64,000 bases of DNA. It comes from a virus. Taxonomy: Duplodnaviria > Caudoviricetes. Under the pieces are notes generated by a model. It saw only the letters and a program-made list of their open reading frames with translations. It made no database searches and had not been told where the DNA came from. Position numbers and translations under genes: made by a program. The stretch's first letter is position 1, and every line of letters begins with the position of its first letter. Location: the IMG/VR virus record IMGVR_UViG_3300015207_000465, positions 1 to 64,000 of that record, one strand, 5' to 3'. Below are positions 1 to 9,952 of the stretch, in pieces.

Positions 1-19
1 AGTAATGCAAATTTACTGA

Positions 20-1438
20 TTATTTGTTGATTGCGGAAATGACAGCCATTATTTGTGCCGGAGTCATGCCTTTGAGTAGTTCTACTGCCAGCTCTTCTTT
101 GGACTCTGTGGACATCTCTTCCTGATTTACCGTGCTTTGTTTCTTGGCAAACACATTTCGGAGGGTTTCATCGGTCTTTGAGGTGTTAAAGCTACCCATA
201 TAACGCTCCGTGGTCGCAAGATTAGTATGACCAAGTATATTCTTGATAGCAGATGACTCAGCGCCGGACTCCTGTGCGATATGCGCGAAGGAGTGACGGC
301 TGATGTGCATTGACAAAGGTTTCTCTATTTCCGCTTGCTTTGCAATCTTCTTAAGATACTTATTGATAAGGGCATTCTTTGATGACACATCCTGATACAT
401 CTTGTGTCGCAGATCTGGTCTCATTCTGTCCTTATCGGCCTGCGTTACATAACCGGCATATTCGGCTTCGTTAGACAGGAGGGGAAATATATAGTCCGTG
501 GCTTTTGCGTCTTCCCTGTGATAATGTCGCAAAATCTCCACAGCCTGCTCTACAAGCAATAGGTCGCGCTCCTTATGATTCTTACCCATCTGATAGTGCA
601 GTCTTCCGGAAGCAGTGACATTTCCCCACCGTAACTGTATCAAATCGGCGGCACGGATGCCTGCGCAATAGTAGCTGAACAGGAAATAATTCTTGCAGTG
701 CCATATTACCGAGTCATTCTCCAACTCCAGATTTATGATGCGCTCCATCTCGGAATCATCAAGCTTCTCCTTTGTTGTCTTTACTCCCTTGTATTTGAAA
801 ACAAGGAACGGGTCCTTTGATGCCTCCATTATTCCAACCTCTATTGCGCGATGAACAAGAGTTCGGAGAATATTGAACTGGACTTCGATTGTATTGGGAT
901 GTAGAAGCTTCCCTGGCTCACGTTCATTCTCCCATTTATGGAGGAAATTGTCAAAACGAGTCAGTAGATCAACAGTCAAATCTTCAATTGTTATATCTGG
1001 CATACGCCTTTTCTTACGGAAGGCTTCAAGTTTATTTATGAGGCCGCAATACTTGCGCCAGTTTCGCCAACCGCCGTTGTCGTAAATCATCTGGGCCCGC
1101 TCCTTTGCAAATTCCATGAAAGAAGGGGATACAGCCTCGTTGTTCATCTCCTTTGTAACCTTTGCTGATGAAACCTCACCACTTTTATCAAGTTCCTTGT
1201 AAGTGTCTTTTGCGCGGTCAAGAATATCTACCAATTGTGCGTTCAGAGATTTTGCTCCAACGACATTAGCCCTGACCCAGTTTTCGCCACGGCATTTCGG
1301 ATTGAAGTCTCCCGGCTTATCTAATTCAACTGGAGTCTTAATCCTTTTTCTTTTGCCCGCCACTGTTACGCATAGCATCAGCATATACTTCTTATTGCGG
1401 TTCGGTTTATTGGATAATTCAAATCGGAAAGTAGCCAT
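20..1438 (-). CDS. Tyrosine recombinase/integrase (Bacteroidales type) of an element extending left of the window
   Basis: AGIRAADL, HISRHSFA and LGHTNLATTERY catalytic motifs; arm-binding and SAM-like N-terminus; start moved to ATG 1438 (MATFRFEL). Confidence 0.92.
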   Translation of the reverse strand: MATFRFELSNKPNRNKKYMLMLCVTVAGKRKRIKTPVELDKPGDFNPKCRGENWVRANVVGAKSLNAQLVDILDRAKDTYKELDKSGEVSSAKVTKEMNNEAVSPSFMEFAKERAQMIYDNGGWRNWRKYCGLINKLEAFRKKRRMPDITIEDLTVDLLTRFDNFLHKWENEREPGKLLHPNTIEVQFNILRTLVHRAIEVGIMEASKDPFLVFKYKGVKTTKEKLDDSEMERIINLELENDSVIWHCKNYFLFSYYCAGIRAADLIQLRWGNVTASGRLHYQMGKNHKERDLLLVEQAVEILRHYHREDAKATDYIFPLLSNEAEYAGYVTQADKDRMRPDLRHKMYQDVSSKNALINKYLKKIAKQAEIEKPLSMHISRHSFAHIAQESGAESSAIKNILGHTNLATTERYMGSFNTSKTDETLRNVFAKKQSTVNQEEMSTESKEELAVELLKGMTPAQIMAVISAINK

Positions 1439-1644
1439 ATTGTTTATTGTGATTGAGGGTTTAATAAGGGGTGTGTTTCTCCTTACTTGCAAAGTTAGCA
1501 CAAATAATTTTACTGGCAAAACAACTGGCAAATTTTATGAATTTTAAGCGCTTTAGAGAAATTTATTTTTATATCAAATATTAGTAAATCATTAAATATC
1601 AATATGTTTATGAATGTAGTTCAATGTAATAGAATGTAATATTA

Positions 1645-1708
1645 GTGGTTCTGTTCTGGGCACCACAAACCCCCATTTAACTCATTGAGTTTTAGGGGAT
1701 TTTTCATT
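1645..1708 (+). other. Probable att junction: tRNA 3'-end-like fragment (TTCTGGGCACCAC) followed by a hairpin
   Basis: GTTCTGGGCACCA resembles a tRNA-Leu 3' end; short direct repeats ACTGGCAAA x2 (~1512-1532) and GTGTACTA x2 (~1715-1733) look like arm-type sites. Confidence 0.45.
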
Positions 1709-1901
1709 GCTGGGGTGTACTAATTGTGTACTACTCAAAATAAAGTGTACTTTTGGGAGTGTACCAATAGCCCACAAAGCAAATCAAGCAATAGGCGGCT
1801 CTCCTACTGCTTGATTGATTTAAGTTGTTTCGTTGGCTTGATTGACTATGCGAAATAAGACACGCCAAAGGTACAAACAAATTCCGAGATATACCAGCAA
1901 T

Positions 1902-2183
1902 TCAATTTCGCATATTCTTGTTGTTGCCTATATCCGGCGTTATAAAATCGCCCAACTCTCCGGCTCTTGCCCATCCCAATATTGGTGCGCACTTTGCAAT
2001 TATGTCGTTAATGTCGGTCTGCATTGCGTCAATCTCATCGGCAAATTGATTGTCAAAGGAGCTATCCCACAAAATGCACTGCATTTTAGTCCGGAGAGAT
2101 ATTGCGCACTTGATTATATCCTCTATATCCGTGCTTAAAGGTGTATTGTGTTGCGCTGCTGATTGTTGTTTTCTTGTAGTCAT
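1902..2183 (-). CDS. Hypothetical protein
   Basis: ATG ORF downstream of a minus-strand TATCTTTG promoter motif (~2209-2216). Confidence 0.6.
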   Translation of the reverse strand: MTTRKQQSAAQHNTPLSTDIEDIIKCAISLRTKMQCILWDSSFDNQFADEIDAMQTDINDIIAKCAPILGWARAGELGDFITPDIGNNKNMRN

Positions 2184-2302
2184 AATGAAAGCGATTATCT
2201 ATGTTGGTGCAAAGATAACCGCTCTCAACGATAAAACCAAAAAACAATCTATGTATTTTATTGATATTCAGCAATATGTGTTTAACAAACACACATTGAA
2301 CA

Positions 2303-2767
2303 TCATTTACTTAGTAAATAATTAAGCAATTCAAGTTCTTCCGGGGTCAATCGCTCAAAACCAACATTCAAGATAGTATTTACCGAGTCAATGTCATTTT
2401 CTTTGTCCGGTCTGCCTATAGCCATATCCAGAAAGTGCATCATTAATTTTGCACTACCTTTCCTTGCGGATTGGAGTAATGCCTCTGCGACTACTATTAA
2501 CCATACCGGGGCTTGTTCTTGAGGCTGTTTTCCTTGCTCAATCAACGCCTCAAGTTCGGTGTATGATAGATTAATCAATATGGCTACTGATTTTCTAAAA
2601 TCCTCTTTGGTTATCGCATCGCCATATTTACGGAGTGTTTTTGCACCTATCAACGGTTTGCGTCCGTTGTTCTTTGGTTGATTCAGTGAGGTAAAGCGGG
2701 TGTTAACTCCCGCTTTATTTCCTCGCTGAAATCCTTTTGGGCGTTTGCTCGGGTATTTCATTGTCAT
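2303..2767 (-). CDS. Terminase small subunit-like protein (DUF5681-like N-terminus)
   Basis: GFQRGNKAG..RF..NQPKNNGRK N-terminus and helical C-terminus ending in a D..IGRP motif. Confidence 0.55.
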   Translation of the reverse strand: MTMKYPSKRPKGFQRGNKAGVNTRFTSLNQPKNNGRKPLIGAKTLRKYGDAITKEDFRKSVAILINLSYTELEALIEQGKQPQEQAPVWLIVVAEALLQSARKGSAKLMMHFLDMAIGRPDKENDIDSVNTILNVGFERLTPEELELLNYLLSK

Positions 2768-2791
2768 AATTTACATCCGTTTTAATGCCGT

Positions 2792-3508
2792 TTATAGAAT
2801 ATGGCTGAAATTTTCGCCGTTCAACGTCATTTCTCCGTCATACTTTATCTTGACTAAGCAAAATTGCCCCGGAGTAGCAACGGCCATAAGGTCATTACCA
2901 GTGATGCCTCTTGCTTCTTCAAGCTGGGAGTAGCCTTTGCGTTTGCTTGCACTCTTGACAGCGGTTTCAAATTCGGCCTTTGCCTTTTGAAGCTCAAGCC
3001 ATTTTTCATAAACGGCCTTGCGATTGTCGCTATCAATAAACATACAAAACATACTCTCCAGATATTCAGTGTGCCGGGGGTCGATTGTTATATTTCCGTC
3101 CTCAACGTGATAATAATTAAAATCAATCATTGAGCTTGCATCGTTGCGCCTACGCCATTCAACAATCTTATCGGCTTGGTTTCCGACAGCTTTGTTATAC
3201 TCATCGGTGCGCTCTTTTTTATAGAGGTCGGAGATAGTGCGCAAAAGCGTTGTAGGCAATCCTTTGAGCGCATCGCCAACGTGCTTTTCGGCGGTCATTC
3301 CCTCTAAGTTCTCGCCACTGTATAAGCGTTTGATTAGCTCATCGGTTGGCTCTATTCCGAGTGTCTTGAGGCCGTCTGCTAACTTTTGCAGTTCCTTTTG
3401 CATCCAAAGGTAGCGTCTTGCCCAGTTATCAAATTCCGGGTCTTTATGTACTAAAATACGTCTTTCCATTTTGTTAGTGATGTTTGGTCGCTGATTATTT
3501 TTTTCCAT
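2792..3508 (-). CDS. Hypothetical protein
   Basis: 238-aa ORF in the operon. Confidence 0.7.
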   Translation of the reverse strand: MEKNNQRPNITNKMERRILVHKDPEFDNWARRYLWMQKELQKLADGLKTLGIEPTDELIKRLYSGENLEGMTAEKHVGDALKGLPTTLLRTISDLYKKERTDEYNKAVGNQADKIVEWRRRNDASSMIDFNYYHVEDGNITIDPRHTEYLESMFCMFIDSDNRKAVYEKWLELQKAKAEFETAVKSASKRKGYSQLEEARGITGNDLMAVATPGQFCLVKIKYDGEMTLNGENFSHIL

Positions 3509-3668
3509 ACTTGGCTACATAATCATTTGCGGTTTTCTCGGAGCCGTCCTCTTTGTCCTTGTATTGCTTGAGTTGGCTTTTGAGATTGTTATTTTCTTCT
3601 TCAAGCCGGGCTATCTCTTTTAGATATTCGGCTTCTCTTTCTTCAAATGTCGCTTGTGGATTATTCAT
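3495..3668 (-). CDS. Small coiled-coil protein (57 aa, not in ORF track)
   Basis: Manual translation MNNPQATFEEREAEYLKEIARLEEENNNLKSQLKQY...; fills the gap between rep and the next gene. Confidence 0.6.
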   Translation of the reverse strand: MNNPQATFEEREAEYLKEIARLEEENNNLKSQLKQYKDKEDGSEKTANDYVAKYGKK

Positions 3669-3685
3669 TTCTTTGTTTTTTGTTG

Positions 3686-4372
3686 TTAAAACCTTTCCGA
3701 AAAATCGGCATTACTGTTTTTGGGGGTTATGATTGTTGGTGGCTGTTGAGCCGGAATCGGATAAGACGAAGCAAACTTTTTTCTACACCAATTCCGTATT
3801 GCTGCTTTCCAATCTTTCATTGGTGCGTTTCCTTCTTTCCAGCCTTTTGAGGTGTAGTAATCAAAAGCTTTTTCCGCCTCGTTATCCGCATCGCTTGATA
3901 AAGAGTTTTCAACAATATAATTCTTTATCTCTTGCAATGTGGGAGCAACAAAACGCGGAGCGCGTTTTGATTTATGGCTTTTGCCTACTTTATCCTCATT
4001 GTCATTATAATTTTCATTATCATTTACATTATAATTATCATTAGGGGTTAAAGTGGGGTTTTCTTGGGGTTGTGGTGGGGTTTTATTCTCTTGGGCTTGG
4101 GGTTGTTTTGGTCGGCCTCCTTTCTTTCCGTGTTCTGCTCCTTTGCAACCATTTAGGTATCGTTTGTAGTTCGCCTCTATTTGAGGTCTTATAACAAGCC
4201 ATACAGCCTGTAAAAGCCCCTTAAATTCCGGCTCTTGACCATTAAGCGCATAAAGAGTTATGCCACGATATAATTGTAGCTGCTCGGCCTCGCTTGCCTG
4301 CTCTATTGCGTCAAAAAATGAACGATAGAATACAAAGCTATTGGGGCGTTGCTCATTGTCTTTTGTTGCCAT
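3686..4372 (-). CDS. Phage-type replication initiator (DUF6291 N-terminus)
   Basis: SFVFYRSFFDAI, NG.KGGRP, Asn/Asp-rich linker, F..PTL.EI..Y..GW...MKDWKAAIRNW C-terminus. Confidence 0.8.
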   Translation of the reverse strand: MATKDNEQRPNSFVFYRSFFDAIEQASEAEQLQLYRGITLYALNGQEPEFKGLLQAVWLVIRPQIEANYKRYLNGCKGAEHGKKGGRPKQPQAQENKTPPQPQENPTLTPNDNYNVNDNENYNDNEDKVGKSHKSKRAPRFVAPTLQEIKNYIVENSLSSDADNEAEKAFDYYTSKGWKEGNAPMKDWKAAIRNWCRKKFASSYPIPAQQPPTIITPKNSNADFSERF

Positions 4373-4373
4373 T

Positions 4374-4625
4374 TCAATGATAGGGTAAGTAATAAAGTTT
4401 GTATCTTGTGCCGTGTTCAGAGGTGCGCCATTCATCAAGTACCCTTATGCCTTTATCTCTTAGGCATCGGATATGGCCGCGAGGATCGCTCAAATGCAGT
4501 CTAATAGATATGTCCGCTGCTGAAAATTGACCGCCTTGTGACAAGAGATTATAAACGGCTCTTTGCAAACGTGGCAAAGTTGGTGTATCTTTGCCGGAGA
4601 TTTCCGAGGGGGTGGCACTATTCAT
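4374..4625 (-). CDS. Winged HTH DNA-binding protein
   Basis: SAADISIRLHLSDPRGHIRCLRDKGIRVLDEW pattern. Confidence 0.7.
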   Translation of the reverse strand: MNSATPSEISGKDTPTLPRLQRAVYNLLSQGGQFSAADISIRLHLSDPRGHIRCLRDKGIRVLDEWRTSEHGTRYKLYYLPYH

Positions 4626-4915
4626 TTTGCGCCCCCTTTCTTCATACAGTAGGCGTTAGCCCTGTCATTTATTTCGGTGGCGGTGGCGGCTCGGTTACTC
4701 ATCAACCAATCTTCCAACTCCGTGCGCCTAAAATAGCACTTTTTGCCTAATGGCTTTGAGTGTGGAATTTCGCCCTGCATAGTGAGCTTATAAAGATGGC
4801 TTTTGGATATACCCATATATCGCGCCGCCTCATCGCTTGTAAGTACCTCTTTGGTACAAATCATTGTTTGCGCAGCCAGATTGTTAGAAATGGCCGTTAT
4901 TTCCTCATTTGTCAT
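4622..4915 (-). CDS. Excisionase/AlpA-like HTH protein
   Basis: LTSDEAARYMGISKSHLYKLT...IPHSKP.GK..YF...ELEDWL. Confidence 0.88.
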   Translation of the reverse strand: MTNEEITAISNNLAAQTMICTKEVLTSDEAARYMGISKSHLYKLTMQGEIPHSKPLGKKCYFRRTELEDWLMSNRAATATEINDRANAYCMKKGGAK

Positions 4916-5090
4916 AATCCATAGATTGAGGGTTAAACAAAGAGGCTCGGAGTGGGCGCGTCCGCTCAAACTTTGCCCCGGATAACTTGCTTTTCGCGTT
5001 GGCAATGCAAAGTTACTCCGAGGCGTAATGCGTTGCAAATAAAGCAAGTAGCAAATAGTAGCAACAACTATTTACTACTTTGGGAGTGTG

Positions 5091-5765
5091 TTATATTAAA
5101 TATGCCTGACCTGTCAATTTCTCAACAATAGATTTAACAGCATCTATATCTTGATGCTTTGGTGGTGTTACTCCATTGGTGTTTGAGTAATACTTATTGA
5201 AATTTGACCATTTTACAATGTCATTACCAAACTCCAATGTAAAGGCTGTATGCAATTTCTTGGCTGAATTGTTTGGTAGATATGCTTTCTTTACAAGCCC
5301 TTTAATAATCATTGCAAGCTGCCGTCCAGTAATGCCACTTTTAAGAAAATCCGCAAACACCCCGATAAAACGGTCTTTACCCTCTTCATCAAGCTGTTGG
5401 AGTATATCTCTAAATGATAAATCTTGATTAGCGGAAGGCATCTTTTTACGCTGCCGCCCCCATACTCTTAGCTCATCCATCATTTTGCAATAGTGGCTGA
5501 TATTTACCCTCGTATCACCGGGCATTTTAGCTTTTAGCATAAGACGATATAGAGGTGCCGAGGGATTGATTATGCCTATTAATTCCAGCTCGTTGTTGGC
5601 TTGGATATATCCGCTTATCTCGCCGGCCCATTGTGCCAACTTCATTAATCGCTCGTTGAGGTAAGTTGCATCTGTTGCAGTATCTAATAGATACTCAACC
5701 TCATCAATCAATACATTTACTTGCTTAATCAAGCTCATTGCATAGTATGGTGTTGCGTGTTCCAT
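5091..5765 (-). CDS. Hypothetical protein
   Basis: Long AT-rich ORF; start uncertain (5765 or 5795). Confidence 0.65.
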   Translation of the reverse strand: MEHATPYYAMSLIKQVNVLIDEVEYLLDTATDATYLNERLMKLAQWAGEISGYIQANNELELIGIINPSAPLYRLMLKAKMPGDTRVNISHYCKMMDELRVWGRQRKKMPSANQDLSFRDILQQLDEEGKDRFIGVFADFLKSGITGRQLAMIIKGLVKKAYLPNNSAKKLHTAFTLEFGNDIVKWSNFNKYYSNTNGVTPPKHQDIDAVKSIVEKLTGQAYLI

Positions 5766-5769
5766 TATA

Positions 5770-6075
5770 TTACAATTCTTGATAGAGTTTTTCAATATTT
5801 ATATCATCGCGGCGCATCTTCATTAATTTACACTCAATAACAAAGCGATAAACGCTCTTAGGGTCGCTCACATCGTGATTATTCTCTTTGCGCTGCCACA
5901 TATTAAGCCACTCTCCATAATTGGCTACAAAGGCAAATTCCGCGTCCCAGACGTGAAATTTAAGATACTCCATAGCCCAACTATCAGTTAAGGTAGAAAA
6001 AGGCGTATAAGGGTTAATTTCGCCCCCATTATAGAGCTTGCATAACTCCATTAATGTATTGTCGGTTATTGTCAT
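5770..6075 (-). CDS. Hypothetical protein
   Basis: ORF between a Zn-ribbon gene and the next gene; start uncertain. Confidence 0.55.
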   Translation of the reverse strand: MTITDNTLMELCKLYNGGEINPYTPFSTLTDSWAMEYLKFHVWDAEFAFVANYGEWLNMWQRKENNHDVSDPKSVYRFVIECKLMKMRRDDINIEKLYQEL

Positions 6076-6086
6076 TTCAATCTCTG

Positions 6087-6269
6087 TTAATCCCAAAGTA
6101 TAGTAATATCCGGAACGTCCGAAATATCAGTTGAGCCACATTCCGGGCATTTGTCACTTTCCTCGGTTTGGGGCTTTGTGTTGTCATCGTGTTGCTCAAA
6201 GCCAACGCCGCAAAGTTGAAGCCATTCAGCCCCACACTCATTACATTTGATTTTCTTTCCGGTTCCCAT
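6087..6269 (-). CDS. Small zinc-ribbon protein
   Basis: Two CxxC pairs (CNECG, CPECG). Confidence 0.65.
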   Translation of the reverse strand: MGTGKKIKCNECGAEWLQLCGVGFEQHDDNTKPQTEESDKCPECGSTDISDVPDITILWD

Positions 6270-6287
6270 ATTCGTGCATTTACTTGG

Positions 6288-7492
6288 TTAATCAATATTC
6301 AACTCCGGGAGGCTGTTAATGGCTGCTTGCTTGAGGCTATCAACGGCTCGGGTGTATTTCTCGGTGTGCTTTAATCCGCTATGCCCTAAAAGGCTTGCCA
6401 CGGTCTTTATATTCGCCCCATTGTTGAGAATATTGACCGCAAAGGAGTGACGGGCCAGATGGAACGTGAGATTCTTGTTGATCTCACAGATTCCTGCAAT
6501 CTCTTTGAGATAACAGTTCAGTTTTTGGTTCGTAATGATGGGCAGAAGTTTCCCATCGAGAAACTGCCCTTCATATTTATTGAGAATTTTGATTGCAGGA
6601 GGGAGCAGAGGTACGGTCACTTTCGTGTTGGTCTTCTGACGATGAGTGACCATCCATAAGCGACCGTCAAACATTTTCTGAATGTTATCGACACGGAGAT
6701 TGGCGAGGTCGATGTACGCCAGTCCGGTGAAGCAGGCGAAGATAAAGATGTCACGCACCTGTTCCAGTCGTTTAGAACCAAATTCTTTCGACATCATTTT
6801 GGTGAGTTCATCTTCGGAAAGGAATCCTCGGTCAACACGCTCGACAGATATCTTGTACCCGTTGAATGGGTCAACACCAATCAAGCCGGCTCTGATTGCC
6901 TTGTTGATTACCTGCTTAAAGAACTTCATACACTTGTATGTGGTGTTCTGGCTGTAACCATACTCTGTGCGCAGGAAGAACTCCAGATCAACGATGAACT
7001 GGTATTTGATTTCTCGCAGAGGAATATCTGTGATGTTGTACTTCTTCTTCATAAACTCCACCACTCGACGATACATTCGCTCGTATTTCTGGTAGGTGGG
7101 ATTGGCTTTGCTGATGCCAATGAGTTTCTTGGTGTCTTCAAGATGCTGTTCATATAACTTCAGCAAAGATTCTTCTCTTGCTGTTATGCCTATAAAGGCA
7201 TTTTTCACCATCTCGGCGGTAACATAGCCATGACGGTTGAGAATGTCATAGTAGTGTTCTTTAAGAACATGACGCATATCTTCGATGCGCTTGTTGAACT
7301 GGGCAATTTTTGAAGACCTGCCGATAGCCTTAGATGCCGAAGCATCCCATAACTCAGGCTCGATGGTGAGCGTAGAGTTTATTCGTTCATATTCACCGTC
7401 CACAGTGACCTTTATCATGATGGCACATTTGCCCTCTTGTTCACTTGGTTGCGACGAATCAAGAACAGAACTTTGAAAGTGCTCTTTTTCAT
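6288..7492 (-). pseudogene. Tyrosine integrase with a 1-nt frameshift near codon 19 and a chimeric C-terminus
   Basis: ATG 7492 reads MKKSTFKVLFLIRRNQVNK; the continuation EGKCAIMIKVTVDG is in the -1 frame; TGLAYID, HLARH and LGHSGLKHTEKY motifs present. Confidence 0.8.
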
Positions 7493-8007
7493 CTTTACGT
7501 TGGATTAAGTGTCGTCATTGTCCGCTTGTAAGGCGGTGGATGCAATGATAACGTGTTTAACATTAAGATGGATTGGTCACTTTGGAGAACAACATCAGAC
7601 ATATCAGACAGTTACGTCAGTTTTAACATCGAAGACATATCGCAGACGCGATATAAATCCAACTGTTTCAGTATGGTTGATGCGAAAAATCGGAAACTGT
7701 GTCGGACACCCATTTTAACACCCACTTTTCAAGTGGTTAAAATGTCGCTTAATTTCCGTGGATTGTCTGAGTTGTGTCTTTGGAACTATTTGGCAATGTG
7801 GATATTAGATTGCTTTTAGGCACTATTTCGGCACTAAAAGGGTTTTTCAAAAAGTTAGTGCCTGGTTAGTGCCTGAACTATGTCTGACGGGGTCCTTTTT
7901 ACGTCTTTTTTCGGTCCTTAATCGAAAGGAATAGACAAAAGAAAACCCCGGAACTACTTGATAGTCCGAGGTTTGTCTCGTTAAGTCCGATTTAGTTCGG
8001 TAGTACA

Positions 8008-8022
8008 TAGTGGAGCTGGAGG
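8008..8022 (-). repeat. att core, copy 1 (reverse complement CCTCCAGCTCCACTA, tmRNA 3'-end-like)
   Basis: Exact 15-bp direct repeat with 12103-12117; terminator-like hairpin at ~7940-7975. Confidence 0.8.
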
Positions 8023-8887
8023 GGTTTCACATCCAACATTCTAATCTTCTTATTTTCAGCTTGTTGCCTTAGTAGACCGAACAAATATGCCGAACAAAGT
8101 AACTAATATCGTAACTCCTTGCGCGATTATTTTGTGGATGCAAAGTTAATCAAAGATATTCAACTTTCCACTATCCTAAACCTATTTTTTTTCATCAGTG
8201 TAAGCCTTAAATTTTTCAAAATTCACCCATACACATTTTAACAGAGCCGAACAGTCAAACAAAATACCCTAACAAAAGTGGGATTTTCCACTAATTTTTG
8301 TGTCCGCCATAGTTGAACCTCATCATCGACAAGCAGGACGCCAAGAGCCGACATCAGCAGATGACCCCGATGAAAAGGCCACGAACCGCCACAAAAAATA
8401 AAAAATAACTGGGAGGGTATGCTCTTTGGGGCGGTGTCCGTATGTATAGTCCGGCCATTTTTTTCAATCTCATTTTTCTATACCCCAGCAGACACGGAAT
8501 AAATCTCATTATCACTCACTCATAAGTTACTGAAATATTTCCCCAGTGAGTATCGCCAAGCAAGCGCGCCTAATCGCTAATAAAGTGATACTCAGATAAA
8601 AAGACAAAAATCATAATAATATAGACCTCATCGACCACGCAAGCCCAAGCCCCCCCCACAAGAGGTTAGAATAATTATGCAAGACAATCACTGATTGTTA
8701 TAATTCATCCGATTTTGAAAGGCATCATTCGTTTAAAAACATTCAGACTGGCACAATGTCAAGACCATACAAAAGATTTTTTTTCACTTAAATACAAACT
8801 TCCTTTTAAACTACCGAGCTATTCGCAAATAAACCGAGAGGGAAAGACATTAACCAACTATCTCTAAAAAACGGTGCGAATACTAAT

Positions 8888-9172
8888 ATGGCATTGACAA
8901 AGCCAAAGACCCTCAAAGAAAAGAGGGCATTGCAGTTCGGGATTGACCTGCTGACAAAGTACGGTTATGGCTATACCGTACAAATCCCAGTACATCTCTT
9001 TGCGAGAGAACTGACGGCCAAAGGGTATAGAATATCCTTTATGACAATAATGTCGTACTGGCGTACCCTCATTCAGATGGGCTATACCACAAAGGAAATG
9101 GGAGCGCGTATCAATGGCGCTACATACAAACTCAACCGCTACGCCTTTAACAAACTCATCAACGCCCAGTAA
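8888..9172 (+). CDS. Putative winged-helix DNA-binding protein
   Basis: Basic 94-aa ORF, coupled (TAATG) to the RuvC gene. Confidence 0.6.
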   Translation: MALTKPKTLKEKRALQFGIDLLTKYGYGYTVQIPVHLFARELTAKGYRISFMTIMSYWRTLIQMGYTTKEMGARINGATYKLNRYAFNKLINAQ

Positions 9173-9624
9173 TGGAAAATCTCGGAAACACATTGGCCTT
9201 GGATTGTGCTACCCTTATGGGGTGGAGTGTGGCGGTTGAGGATAAATTAACCAGCTATGGAGAAACGCGCCTAAAGAATGGCGAAAGTGATTTGTGGCAA
9301 TTCCTCACAGACATCACCGCCCAGTATCAAGTCACGCGAATAGTTGCAGAGGGCATATTCCTAAACCGCAATGTCAAGACTTTCGAGCGTCTTGCAAACT
9401 ATCACGGCGTAATCAAACTCTTCGCCCAGCTAAACGGAATAGACCTCATCACCAAAGGCTATCAGCCTACAGAGTGGAAACGTACCCTCATCGGTGACGC
9501 ATACGCCGACAAAGAGAAAGTGAGGAACTATATCAACAAGCGACTAAGAACACACATCCAGTCCGATAACATCACCGATGCAATCGGTATACTTGTTGCG
9601 TGGGTATTAAGACAGAGGCGCTAA
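9172..9624 (+). CDS. RuvC-like Holliday junction resolvase
   Basis: LALDCAT..GW, IVAEG, P.EWK....G...ADKE.V and DNITDAIGI acidic catalytic pattern. Confidence 0.85.
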   Translation: MENLGNTLALDCATLMGWSVAVEDKLTSYGETRLKNGESDLWQFLTDITAQYQVTRIVAEGIFLNRNVKTFERLANYHGVIKLFAQLNGIDLITKGYQPTEWKRTLIGDAYADKEKVRNYINKRLRTHIQSDNITDAIGILVAWVLRQRR

Positions 9625-9626
9625 CA

Positions 9627-9810
9627 GTCCTCCCCCCCATAAAGGGGGAGGACATTATATAGTCTACACCTACTGTAGTAACATAGTCTGTATCGTATAG
9701 ACATAGAATGTGTCGCATAGACGGAGTATGCACAGTATAGCCCCCCTATAGCGTCGCGCCCTAAAATCACGGGAACAGACCCTGATGTTACTACACCTAT
9801 CGTAGTAACA
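9627..9810. repeat. GC hairpin, three tandem degenerate 20-bp repeats and a palindrome; candidate origin
   Basis: GTCCTCCCCC..GGGGGAGGAC; 20-mers at 9681, 9701 and 9721; TGTTACTAC..GTAGTAACA at 9786-9810. Confidence 0.6.
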
Positions 9811-9952
9811 GATTACATACAGACACCACATAATCAACGAATTAATGACCCGAACCCTTGCAGGACTGACGGAAATTTACTATCTTTGCATAGTCATAAG
9901 ATACAATATTACCGTCCAGTCCGTAGAGGGATAGGGCGGTATTATCTATCTT

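Larger units (their letters stand above)
1670..8007 (-). mobile_element. Phage-satellite (PICI)-like integrative element, probably a hybrid of two elements
   Basis: Co-oriented int, xis, HTH, rep and terS-like genes; no capsid or tail genes; chimeric integrase; the two ends carry different att-like cores. Confidence 0.6.

Noticed and set aside
8345-8358. 14-bp match (GAGCCGACATCAGC) between the mini-element and prophage iterons at 18395
   Set aside because: Single post-hoc match; several 14-mers are expected to repeat by chance in 64 kb
9681-9740. Possible CRISPR array
   Set aside because: Degenerate tandem 20-mers with no spacers and no cas genes
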